From Nitrososphaerota archaeon (lineage in GTDB: Archaea > Thermoproteota > Nitrososphaeria_A > Caldarchaeales > Caldarchaeaceae), in the NCBI GenBank assembly GCA_041641305.1, contig JBEPYN010000001.1:694370-718369 (forward strand): DNA of 24,000 nucleotides, given 5' to 3'. A program made the position numbers and the translations under genes. Position 1 is the stretch's first letter. The number at the start of each line of letters is the position of its first letter. This document shows positions 9,501-15,808 of this stretch, piece after piece. The notes beneath the pieces are model-generated. The model ran no database searches and was not told where the DNA came from. It saw nothing but the letters and a program-made list of their open reading frames with translations.

Positions 9501-9880
9501 ACCATGACGGGGATGTTTCCGACCCAGACGTTCTCGGGAGGCGCGATGGGTTTTCCGTCAAAGTAGATGCTCATCTTGATGTAGATAGGTGCCTCGTATG
9601 TGAGGTTGCGTAACCTCGCCTCCCATGGATAGAGGGGCTGCGGATTCGGCGCGTCTATCTCTCTTTTTGTGGGTATGTCTATTGTGACCTGTCCAAACTT
9701 GACGACAACTGTCCCGTGTTTGGTTTTGATTTCGTAGTCGCTCATCGAGTTGACGAGCTGCTGAAGCCCTGTCTTGACGAAGTAGTTGTAGGACCTGAGA
9801 TGATGCTGCACAAGCCCTTCGTCTTCGAGGTTTGACCGGAATACATCCCAGAGCTCATCCTTGTTTAGCTGCGTCGCCAC
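6527..9880 (-). CDS. rpoB: DNA-directed RNA polymerase subunit B, unsplit
   Basis: 1117-aa ORF with AILTGRGYNMEDAVVLNRSSVERG, GDKFSSRHGQKGVVG, HAFPSRMTIGQLIESLAGK and C-terminal zinc motif CEKCGMPC...CPVDG. Confidence 0.97.
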   Translation of the reverse strand: MATQLNKDELWDVFRSNLEDEGLVQHHLRSYNYFVKTGLQQLVNSMSDYEIKTKHGTVVVKFGQVTIDIPTKREIDAPNPQPLYPWEARLRNLTYEAPIYIKMSIYFDGKPIAPPENVWVGNIPVMVKSDICPLSKMTHDELLAHGEDPQDPGGYFIINGSERVIVGIEDLSPNRIIVTKKEGDSKPQYSAVILSAAHGRQVRVEVNYRKDSPIKVYFSRIYKGVPAIIMLRALGLTKDQEIANLISPLKEVQELLEPSFREAEGVETVEQALDYIGSRIAFGYAEEYRLEKAEQIVDTMFMLHLGTTKAARMKKAVHLCEMIGRVLETSLGLREPDDRDHYANKRLKLESALLTELYRMAFVKLLRDLRYQLERIIPTRQPISISTYVRHGIVSEFVKHAMATGNWPGGRVGVTQLLNRTNYLATLSHLRRVQSPLSRGQPHFEARDLHGTHWGRLCPCETPEGSNAGLVKNLALSAEVSFQANKKELFDKLFQLNVIPLNEIIAKRKTPPNVKVFVDGVLEGYHSNGSLLVNELRRLRREGIISQNINVAFYSYGHVQEVVINTDEGRIRRPLIVVQNGQPLLQKQHVELIRRKTSKFRDLVSLGIIEYLDAEEEENAYVAISPDKVTNEHTHLEISPFTMLGVAASLIPYAEHNQSPRNVYEGAMAKQALGVFASNYSLRTDSRSHLLVYPQKPVVNTRTSDLIGMDTRPSGQNMVVAILTGRGYNMEDAVVLNRSSVERGLGLSLSWRVYEVEARQTPGGQRDKFGIPEPSVRGYRGEQFYRVLDKDGFAHIESDVSGGTVIVGMMSPPRFLEEYQRVPTREMVWRDSSEAVQPSETGNVESIFITINAEGNLLVKAKVRSTCFTEIGDKFSSRHGQKGVVGMLIPQEDMPYTKDGLVPDLLINPHAFPSRMTIGQLIESLAGKLGSVKAEIVDGTPFLGKSLEELRTELEALGFKSSGRELLYNGATGKALEAEVFIGVVYYQRLHHLVRDKIHARSRGQVQMLTRQPTEGRSRGGGLKFGEMERDCLIAYGASYLLLDRLLEQSDKYTAYFCEKCGMPCYYDLKQERFVCPVDGKDVRVKAVSMSYAFYLLLNEMMSMCIHPRILLEEPEI

Positions 9881-9882
9881 AT

Positions 9883-10158
9883 CTATTCACCCCACACAAC
9901 TCGGTAGTAGACAGCTTCTCCAGCGGTCTCGGAGCGGCGGGTGATTTTTATGATGTCTCCGGTCTTCGCCTTAAGTCTCTTCACCATAGGGTCCGATGGA
10001 TGAATGTAGGGGAGCTTATCACGTGATACGCCAAGCTGCTGTAACAGTTTCTCCGCCTCGTCATGGGGCAGAACCTCGTGCCTAGGCACGAGCACGTGTT
10101 CAGTTATGTCGAAAACCTCTTTTTCAGCCGTTTTCTCCTTCTTGACCATGTCAGACAC
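9883..10158 (-). CDS. rpoH: DNA-directed RNA polymerase subunit H (Rpb5 C-terminal domain homologue)
   Basis: FDITEHVLVPRHEVLPHDEAEKLL...LPYIHPSDPMVKRLKAKTGDIIKITRRSETAGEAVYYRVV is diagnostic of RpoH/Rpb5. Directly upstream of rpoB. Confidence 0.96.
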   Translation of the reverse strand: MSDMVKKEKTAEKEVFDITEHVLVPRHEVLPHDEAEKLLQQLGVSRDKLPYIHPSDPMVKRLKAKTGDIIKITRRSETAGEAVYYRVVWGE

Positions 10159-10250
10159 CCAAAACTTCTAAGCTGAATACAGCTCCGAACCGCTCACTAA
10201 TAAGGGTTCATGGAAAAACAGTTCCTCGGCCCGAAAAAGCCGCAGACAAC

Positions 10251-10260
10251 ATTTATATTT
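10251..10260 (+). promoter_or_regulatory. Probable TATA box for tRNA-Lys (ATTTATATTT)
   Basis: Strong archaeal TATA-like element starting 31 nt upstream of the mature tRNA 5' end (10282). Confidence 0.6.
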
Positions 10261-10281
10261 TAACCAGCCGCAGCACAACCC

Positions 10282-10381
10282 GGGCCCATAGCTCAGTCAG
10301 GTAGAGAGAACCATGTAAAACGGTTCCTATAGCGGCCGGCTCTTAACCGGCAGGTCGCGGGATCAAAGCCCGCTGGGCCCG
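10282..10381 (+). tRNA. tRNA-Lys(CTT) with an intron in the D-arm
   Basis: Manual fold: acceptor GGGCCCA/TGGGCCC (7 bp); D-stem GCTC/GAG+C restored after splicing; anticodon arm GCCGG-CTCTTAA-CCGGC (anticodon CTT); variable AGGTC; T-arm GCGGG-ATCAAAG-CCCGC. Discriminator G. A T-run follows immediately. Confidence 0.93.
10307..10332 (+). other. 26-nt tRNA intron (AGAACCATGTAAAACGGTTCCTATAG) inserted between tRNA positions 24 and 25
   Basis: Removal restores the GCTC/GAGC D-stem. Relaxed bulge-helix-bulge: central 4-bp helix GTAG(10301-10304)/CTAT(10327-10330), 3-nt bulges AG^A and AG^C, internal helix GAACC(10308-10312)/GGTTC(10322-10326) with a 9-nt loop. The outer exon helix is not evident (HBh'-type). 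Confidence 0.85.
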
Positions 10382-11118
10382 CTTTTCACCGCGTGAATTA
10401 TTTCTGCGAGTTTTTCCCGGTTTTTCTCCGCGGCTGTTCCCGTCACTATGATGTCGGCCCCAGCGGCTGCGACTGTTTGCGCGTCTTTTCCCGTTTTTAT
10501 TCCTCCTCCCACTATGACGGGGATTTCGACGGCTTGTTTGACGGCTTTGATTGTCTGTGGAGGGATGTGTGCAGCAGCGCCTGAGCCTGCCTCGAGGTAG
10601 AGATACCTCATGCCAAGATACTGTGCAGCGAGGCCATAGCAGACAGCAATCTCAACATTATGCGGCGAGAGGGGGAGAACTCTCCCCATCGCAGCCACTG
10701 TGCTCTCGTGCCCGAAGACAACATAGCCCATCGGCAAAGCCTCGAGGTTGAAATGCTTAACCGTCAAAGCACCCTGCAGCTGAGCACCGACGATGTAGTA
10801 CCAGTCGACGCTGTTGAGGAGGCTCATGAACCATATTGCGTCGGCGAAACGTGAGATTGACTGGACGTTGTTCGGGAAGATTATGACGGGTAGCCTTGTC
10901 TTTGCTTTGATGGCTTTGATGTAGTTGTCCAGCTGCTCCTGTGTGTGGACCGTGGAGCCTCCGACCATGATTGCGTCGGAGCCCATTTCCTCGACATGCT
11001 TAGCCAGCATCGCTGCGTCATCCTGAGAGACGCTGATCGGGTCTATCAGGGTCATGTGTAGCTTTTCCCCAGCCCCAAGCTTTGCGTGGATGTAGCTATC
11101 AACCCTGCCCAGCTTCAA
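10363..11118 (-). CDS. Geranylgeranylglyceryl phosphate synthase family protein
   Basis: HMTLIDP, GSDAIMVGGSTV, VIIFPNNV, LPMGYVVFGHESTVA, YLYLEAGSGAAAHIP, IPVIVGGGIKTGKDA and GADIIVTGTAAEKN match the GGGPS/PcrB TIM-barrel family. Confidence 0.93.
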   Translation of the reverse strand: MKLGRVDSYIHAKLGAGEKLHMTLIDPISVSQDDAAMLAKHVEEMGSDAIMVGGSTVHTQEQLDNYIKAIKAKTRLPVIIFPNNVQSISRFADAIWFMSLLNSVDWYYIVGAQLQGALTVKHFNLEALPMGYVVFGHESTVAAMGRVLPLSPHNVEIAVCYGLAAQYLGMRYLYLEAGSGAAAHIPPQTIKAVKQAVEIPVIVGGGIKTGKDAQTVAAAGADIIVTGTAAEKNREKLAEIIHAVKSGPSGL

Positions 11119-11356
11119 CAGGTTTTTCGCCCCGGGTCACCATATCATACCATTTCGTGTAAGCATCCACCTCGCTGTAGGCTGGGTACCACGGTATCTC
11201 GGCGGACGCGTTGCAGCTGCCGCATGTCACCGTCGCCGTCTCGCTGTTTTTCTCATGCGCAACCCTCACCGCCGTTGCTCCGCATAGTGGGCAGCTGAAT
11301 ACTTTTGGGAATGGCCGAGGTGTCCGCTTGATAATCTTCCGCCTTTTTCTGCCCAT
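11099..11356 (-). CDS. Elf1-like zinc-ribbon transcription elongation factor
   Basis: MGRKRRKIIKRTPRPFPKVFSCPLCGATAVRV...ATVTCGSCNASAEIPWYPAYSEVDAYTKWYD: MGRR/K basic N-terminus, CxxC...CxxC and the YSEVDAYxxWYD tail are characteristic of Elf1. Confidence 0.88.
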   Translation of the reverse strand: MGRKRRKIIKRTPRPFPKVFSCPLCGATAVRVAHEKNSETATVTCGSCNASAEIPWYPAYSEVDAYTKWYDMVTRGEKPVEAGQG

Positions 11357-11380
11357 GAGTAAAATTTAGATATGCGATGG

Positions 11381-11387
11381 ATTTAAA
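11381..11387. promoter_or_regulatory. Possible shared bidirectional TATA element (ATTTAAA, palindromic TTTAAA core)
   Basis: The TTTAAA core lies about 28 nt upstream of the Elf1 ATG (11356, minus) and about 34 nt upstream of the in-frame ATG at 11419 (plus). Confidence 0.4.
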
Positions 11388-11418
11388 CCCGATTGGGATG
11401 CCTCGGCAGGCAGCGGCC

Positions 11419-12033
11419 ATGCATAAAGGGTTTCTGCTGGCTGTGTTGAGCCATGACCATAGATTTGTGAGGAAAATTGTTGACGAGGCACGTGGAAGAA
11501 GGCTTGAGGTGGTGCATGTCACCAGCCGAGGAGAAATACCGTTGGCGGCGAAGGCGATCGTCGTGAAAAAAGGAGAGTTTCCAGACATGGTCGTGGACAA
11601 GGCTTTTGAGGCCGAGCCAGACCAGTCACCGGCCTCTGTGGTTGACAAAGCCATCGAGAAAGGGTTCATGTTGGATAAAGTCGCGAAAGCACTTGTCGCA
11701 GTTGACCCGGGTAAGAAAATGGGACTGGCATACTTTGCCGACAACGTGTTGCTGCGGACAGAGACGCTGTATGACCAGGAGGTTCTCGCCGAGCATGTGG
11801 CGGACTTTTTCCGAAACCATCCAGAATCCACACATCATGTAGTGGTTGGGGCCGGTGCACCTGCTTATAGAGAGCAGTTGATAGAAATGCTTCTACGTAA
11901 GATGCCTGACCTTTCTGCGGAGAACATCTTCACCGTCCCCGAGAAAAACTCTACGCGTCTCGCCCGAGGAAGAGATGAGCTGGCTGCGGCGGTTATCCAC
12001 CGGATTTGGAGCAGAGGCGGCAAGAGGAGCTAA
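11419..12033 (+). CDS. Uncharacterised archaeal protein with RNase H/RuvC-like motif
   Basis: MHKGFLLAVLSHDHRF...ALVAVDPGKKMGLAYFADNVLL...HHVVVGAGAPAYREQLIEMLLRK. The VAVDPGKKMGLA strand-turn resembles RuvC/YqgF-type RNase H folds. The ORF track starts at 11377; ATG 11419 fits the TATA element better. Confidence 0.6.
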   Translation: MHKGFLLAVLSHDHRFVRKIVDEARGRRLEVVHVTSRGEIPLAAKAIVVKKGEFPDMVVDKAFEAEPDQSPASVVDKAIEKGFMLDKVAKALVAVDPGKKMGLAYFADNVLLRTETLYDQEVLAEHVADFFRNHPESTHHVVVGAGAPAYREQLIEMLLRKMPDLSAENIFTVPEKNSTRLARGRDELAAAVIHRIWSRGGKRS

Positions 12034-13157
12034 GTTTGGACATCCCCGCTGGAAAAACGCTTCTGATAGATGGGCCCGCATCTGTTAAGCTTATCGAGGG
12101 AAAAGCCTCCATCTACGGCTGCCTCCTGAAAACCCGGCGATACTATGTGATGAGGCCTTGGAAACGTTACCCGCTCTACGCCGAGGAAGATGTAAAAATC
12201 GAGCTAAACCTCGGCACAGACGCTGAAGCAACTCTCGTAAACACAGGCGATGAACATGTGGCGTGGCGCGAAATAGTGGAGAGCCTCGTGGACAAAACCG
12301 CGTTGGCTGTCTGCGGAGGTGTCGACACAGGCAAAACATCTTTCGCAACTTTTGCAGCCAACCACTTGGTGCAAAGGTTTGGACGATGTGTCGTGGTTAG
12401 TCTTGACCCCGGGCAGACAAGCTTCACCCCACCATGTGTGGTCGGATGCGCCGAGATGCGTGAACCCGTCCACGACTTTGCAGGCCTGACACCTTTTCTC
12501 CAGAGACCTGTCGGCTCTCCCTCAGCAGCCCTATGCTCGGCCGAGATAGCTGAAGCGACGCGTGAAATTGCACAAGCGCTCGCCGACGGGATTTTCGTGG
12601 TGGATGTGGACGGCTGGGTGGATGGACCTGCAGCGGTTGCACACAAGCTGGCTGTGGTGAAGGAGCTGAACTGCAGCCACGTGGTTGTGATGGGTGAGAA
12701 CAAACCCCTCGCCGAAGCCTTTTCACAAGCAGGCATGAAAGTGTTCACAGCACCTGTGTCAACCTACGTCAAGCAACGCGAAACAGTAACACGTCGTAAA
12801 ACACGAGAATGGCTATACAGAAAACATCTCGGAAAACCGAGGACACGGCTCATACCTTATTCATGGATAAAGCTCTTCACGGTCTGTGGACAAACCCCGC
12901 CCGAAGAACTGGTGAAACAGGCCGATGAAGCACTCGCGCAGACAACACAGGAAAACAGCATAAGAAAGAGGATGGGGTTGATAGCTTTTCTCTACGACGG
13001 AGCAGGACGCTACAAGGGCATGGGTGTCTTGACGGGCTTCAACGACGAGAAACGCGCATACATGGTTTTGACAAGTGTCGAAGACGAGGTTCGGCAAATC
13101 GGCCTCGGCCGCGTGGTTCTCACAGAAGATGGAGACGAGATTCTCCAATTAGATTAG
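12006..13157 (+). CDS. Clp1/Grc3-type polynucleotide (RNA 5'-hydroxyl) kinase
   Basis: N-terminal beta domain (PAGKTLLIDGPASVKLIEGKASIYG), Walker A CGGVDTGKTSF, VVVSLDPGQTSFTPPCVVG, VGSPSAAL and IFVVDVDGWVDGP. The start is uncertain (TTG 12006 or TTG 12036); it overlaps the upstream gene by about 28 nt if 12006 is used. Confidence 0.85.
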   Translation: MEQRRQEELSLDIPAGKTLLIDGPASVKLIEGKASIYGCLLKTRRYYVMRPWKRYPLYAEEDVKIELNLGTDAEATLVNTGDEHVAWREIVESLVDKTALAVCGGVDTGKTSFATFAANHLVQRFGRCVVVSLDPGQTSFTPPCVVGCAEMREPVHDFAGLTPFLQRPVGSPSAALCSAEIAEATREIAQALADGIFVVDVDGWVDGPAAVAHKLAVVKELNCSHVVVMGENKPLAEAFSQAGMKVFTAPVSTYVKQRETVTRRKTREWLYRKHLGKPRTRLIPYSWIKLFTVCGQTPPEELVKQADEALAQTTQENSIRKRMGLIAFLYDGAGRYKGMGVLTGFNDEKRAYMVLTSVEDEVRQIGLGRVVLTEDGDEILQLD

Positions 13158-13712
13158 CTTCATAAGCCTAACCACTTTCTTCTGCGCCAAAGCCACAGCA
13201 TTCGCGTGATAGATTGTGGCGAGGTCTCCTTCCTTGAAGGGCCCGTAGCTAACAAGGTCTTCTCCGACAAACTTGGGGAAATCCCTGAGAAACACCACCA
13301 CCTCCAGCTTCTCATCCTCCTCGGCGTAGAGGGTCCTGGGGTTGTGTACACCGTTTCGAACCTTGGCCTCGTGAAACGACAACGCACGCATTATGTGCTC
13401 CATCGTCTTCTTCTCAAACGGCAAAAGATTTTCCAGCTGCTCCTGCCTCATAGCAGCCTCCGATATTTTCCTGAAGCGAATGCTCAAAACAGATTCAAGA
13501 AGCTTGCCCAACATCTGGAGCTCCGCAGACTTCAGAGACGCGTTAAGAGAGTCTCTTTCACTTAGCCTGACTTGGCGCCGCAGCATTCCCATATAGTTCG
13601 CCAAAGTGTCGAGAAAAATTTCATCTATTTTCTGTAGACTGGGTTCGCTGCGTTCTCTTCCCCAGAGCTCCAGCAGCTTCTCGTAAACTTCCTCCATCCG
13701 GACAAGCTCCAA
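13149..13712 (-). CDS. GINS complex subunit (Gins51/GINS15-like)
   Basis: Helical N-terminal region followed by a C-terminal GINS B domain: VVVFLRDFPKFVGEDLVSYGPFKEGDLATIYHANAVALAQKKVVRLM. Near priS. Confidence 0.8.
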   Translation of the reverse strand: MELVRMEEVYEKLLELWGRERSEPSLQKIDEIFLDTLANYMGMLRRQVRLSERDSLNASLKSAELQMLGKLLESVLSIRFRKISEAAMRQEQLENLLPFEKKTMEHIMRALSFHEAKVRNGVHNPRTLYAEEDEKLEVVVFLRDFPKFVGEDLVSYGPFKEGDLATIYHANAVALAQKKVVRLMKLI

Positions 13713-13743
13713 TATGCATCCTTTTAATGGTTGTGTGGAAAAA

Positions 13744-14202
13744 TCAGCCGTACATGGGTTTTGTTGTTTCCTCCTCTGTTTTTACTGCGCGGAGAATTTG
13801 TTGTAAAAGCTCTTCAACGGTTTTCTGCATGGATGCAAGCGCGCGAGCAGCCTCTGTGATGGTTACAACTCCTTCGAGCTTCCCCTCTTTCGACACGACG
13901 GGAAGGCGTCTGAACCCATGTGTCGCCATCAACACGACGGCGTCCTCGACAGATGTGTCGGGGGAGACGCCTATGACAGGAAAAGACATAACGTCCTTGA
14001 CTTTTGTCCGGCTGTGGTCGAGGCCCGTGGCCAGAACACGTCGAACAGCATCTCTTTCGGTGAAAATTCCCACAAGTTTATCATCGGACTTTACCAAAAG
14101 ATAACCGACGTCCAGCCTGTCCATCAAAATCGCAGCCTCACGCACGGATATTCCAGCATCAACCACGTTGCCGACCCGCAGCATAATGTCTCCTACATGC
14201 AT
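13744..14202 (-). CDS. CBS-domain pair protein
   Basis: MHVGDIMLRVGNVVDAGISVREAAILMDRLDVGYLLVKSDDKLVGIFTERDAVRRV... and VKDVMSFPVIGVSPDTSVEDAVVLMATHGFRRLPVVSKEGKLEGVVTITEA. Start moved from 14358 to ATG 14202, which avoids overlap with priS. Confidence 0.88.
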   Translation of the reverse strand: MHVGDIMLRVGNVVDAGISVREAAILMDRLDVGYLLVKSDDKLVGIFTERDAVRRVLATGLDHSRTKVKDVMSFPVIGVSPDTSVEDAVVLMATHGFRRLPVVSKEGKLEGVVTITEAARALASMQKTVEELLQQILRAVKTEEETTKPMYG

Positions 14203-14279
14203 CTTAGGCACGCCGTCGCCAGCCTCTTCCCCACGGCTCACGGCTGTAAAGCATCCAACAACCTGATAACCTTTGCCCA

Positions 14280-15500
14280 CTATGCCAAGGTTGCAAGGCC
14301 TTTGCATAATAGGTAGACAGCGGCGTAGGCGGGCAGCTTTTGGGCCTGGTTTTCCCAAGGGCCATAAACGTTGTCCCCGAGCATGAAACTCGGCGTATGA
14401 AACACTTTTACAGCGAGAAGGGGCTCCTCGGGCAGGGCGACGGCGTCACGTAGCGGGTTAAAATCTTCAAGCAGGTCGCGTGAAACAACCATGGCTCTGA
14501 GGCCTGTTTTGCCGTTGAGCGTGTCAGCCAACCTCAGCAACCTGTGGACATCGGTTGTAACAACTGTGTCGATGTGCGAAGCCGCATCATCCACAGACAG
14601 GGCCACAAGCTTCTCCAGCTGCTGGCTCCGCTTTCCCTGTTTGAGCAGCTCCCACCGCGGCCTCTCCCTCCAAAGAGAAGAGATAGAGCGCAGCTCCTCC
14701 ACCTGCCTGGGCCCAAGCAAACGGCTCAGCCTCTCATCGTCCCCAGAAGATGTCTCCAAAACAATACGGCGCACTCCACGGGCTATTCTACCACGCCAGC
14801 CAGGGTCGCTGTAATCGGGGGCATGGGAGGCGGAGGATGCGGGAAGGCCGTGAAATCCGATGCCGATGTGTGAGCCTGTCACATAATCCACAATCTCTTG
14901 ACGGGCGTCGCGTCCGAGCTCGAGCACCTCCTCTGCTTCAACCGCCAGATGGTAACCGCGGTTGCCTGAAAAGCTGACTGTAAACGAGCTGAGGCCAAAA
15001 TCATTCTCCATAAAGTCGATGAGCCTGAGCAGCTCCTGCTTCGTCTTCCCCAGACAAGTGTCACACACCATCTTCACCTCGGCAACCTCGCCGCCGCAAC
15101 CCCCGCATCGCTGCGTCTTCTCACCTGTTCTCCGGCCACATGAGAGACATAGATAGTAGTCGTGACCCTGTTTACAGCTTGTCTCAAGATGGTCGGCGTC
15201 TATGTCGAAGATAAGCTCAGCGCCCAGCCATCCCTTCTCCTCCATCGGCGCCTGCGGATACTGGTAAAGAGCAGCCGAGCGGTAAACATGTAGAGGAGCC
15301 TCGCGGACAAGCATCTTACGCAGGTCATCAAAATTCCTGAAAGAAAGATGACGCACCATCACACGCTGGCCAAAAGGCATGTAGCCGAACTCACGCCTCT
15401 CAAAACTGAAAGGCTGAAAAACGTCAACATACCTCCTCTCATAATAAAGCCTGAAAAGCTGTTGAACAAGCTGCGCATCAGTAACCGTTCGGAAACTCAT
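14280..15500 (-). CDS. priS: DNA primase small (catalytic) subunit
   Basis: YYERRYVDVFQPFSFERREFGYMPFG, ELIFDIDADHLETSC (catalytic DxD), Cys-rich module and FTVSFSGNRGYHLAVE are diagnostic of archaeo-eukaryotic PriS. Confidence 0.94.
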   Translation of the reverse strand: MSFRTVTDAQLVQQLFRLYYERRYVDVFQPFSFERREFGYMPFGQRVMVRHLSFRNFDDLRKMLVREAPLHVYRSAALYQYPQAPMEEKGWLGAELIFDIDADHLETSCKQGHDYYLCLSCGRRTGEKTQRCGGCGGEVAEVKMVCDTCLGKTKQELLRLIDFMENDFGLSSFTVSFSGNRGYHLAVEAEEVLELGRDARQEIVDYVTGSHIGIGFHGLPASSASHAPDYSDPGWRGRIARGVRRIVLETSSGDDERLSRLLGPRQVEELRSISSLWRERPRWELLKQGKRSQQLEKLVALSVDDAASHIDTVVTTDVHRLLRLADTLNGKTGLRAMVVSRDLLEDFNPLRDAVALPEEPLLAVKVFHTPSFMLGDNVYGPWENQAQKLPAYAAVYLLCKGLATLA

Positions 15501-15613
15501 TCGCCGCCTCTCAACCTGCTGTAGACAACGTAGGCCGCGACCAAGACAAACCCCGCAACCACAAGCCAGTAGCTCGATGCGAAGAGAAAGTCGACAAACT
15601 GCTCGAGAGACAT
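15497..15613 (-). CDS. Putative 38-aa single-transmembrane microprotein
   Basis: Manual translation: MSLEQFVDFLFASSYWLVVAGFVLVAAYVVYSRLRGGE*. One clear TM segment followed by a basic tail. The TGA overlaps the priS ATG (ATGA). A TATA-like CTTTAATAG lies upstream at about 15640-15650. Below the ORF-track size cut-off. Confidence 0.5.
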   Translation of the reverse strand: MSLEQFVDFLFASSYWLVVAGFVLVAAYVVYSRLRGGE

Positions 15614-15721
15614 CCCGCAGCCTTTACGCCACAAGATGCTATTAAAGATATGGTGTCACAAGCCGTTTGGGCACCTTTTTCGTTCAGCAGCTGCACGTAA
15701 GAGGTGCCCTAAAGCGTCTCA

Positions 15722-15795
15722 TGGGCCGGGGCGGACTTGAACCGCCGACCTCTGCTTCGTAAGAGCAGCGTCCTACCAGGCTAGACCACCGGCCC
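15722..15795 (-). tRNA. tRNA-Val(TAC), intron-less
   Basis: Manual fold: GGGCCGG/CCGGCCC acceptor, GTCT/GGAC D-stem, CTGCT-CTTACGA-AGCAG anticodon arm (TAC), GGCGG-TTCAAGT-CCGCC T-arm, discriminator A. 74 nt. Confidence 0.96.
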
Positions 15796-15808
15796 CCCGG
15801 GAGGAGGT

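Noticed and set aside
2766-9880. Many plus-strand ORFs of 60-184 aa (for example 3466-4020, 7151-7480, 7496-7864, 6087-6416) lying over rpoA/rpoB
   Set aside because: They are antisense shadows of high-GC codon-biased genes. The products are Ser/Arg/Leu-rich with no recognisable domain motifs, and the minus-strand genes fully explain the region.
12204-12748. Overlapping minus-strand ORFs 12176-12748, 12204-12473 and 12424-12726
   Set aside because: Antisense to the clearly coding Clp1-like kinase; low-complexity Pro/Ser/His-rich translations.
14203-14358. N-terminal extension of the CBS protein to 14358 (MGKPGPKAARLRRC...)
   Set aside because: The extension overlaps priS and has no CBS similarity. 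ATG 14202 (MHVGDIM) begins exactly at the domain.
15511-15696. ORF track entry 15511..15696 (-), 61 aa
   Set aside because: Composition looks non-coding and it overlaps the better-supported 38-aa TM ORF in another frame. It was preferred only because it exceeds the length cut-off.
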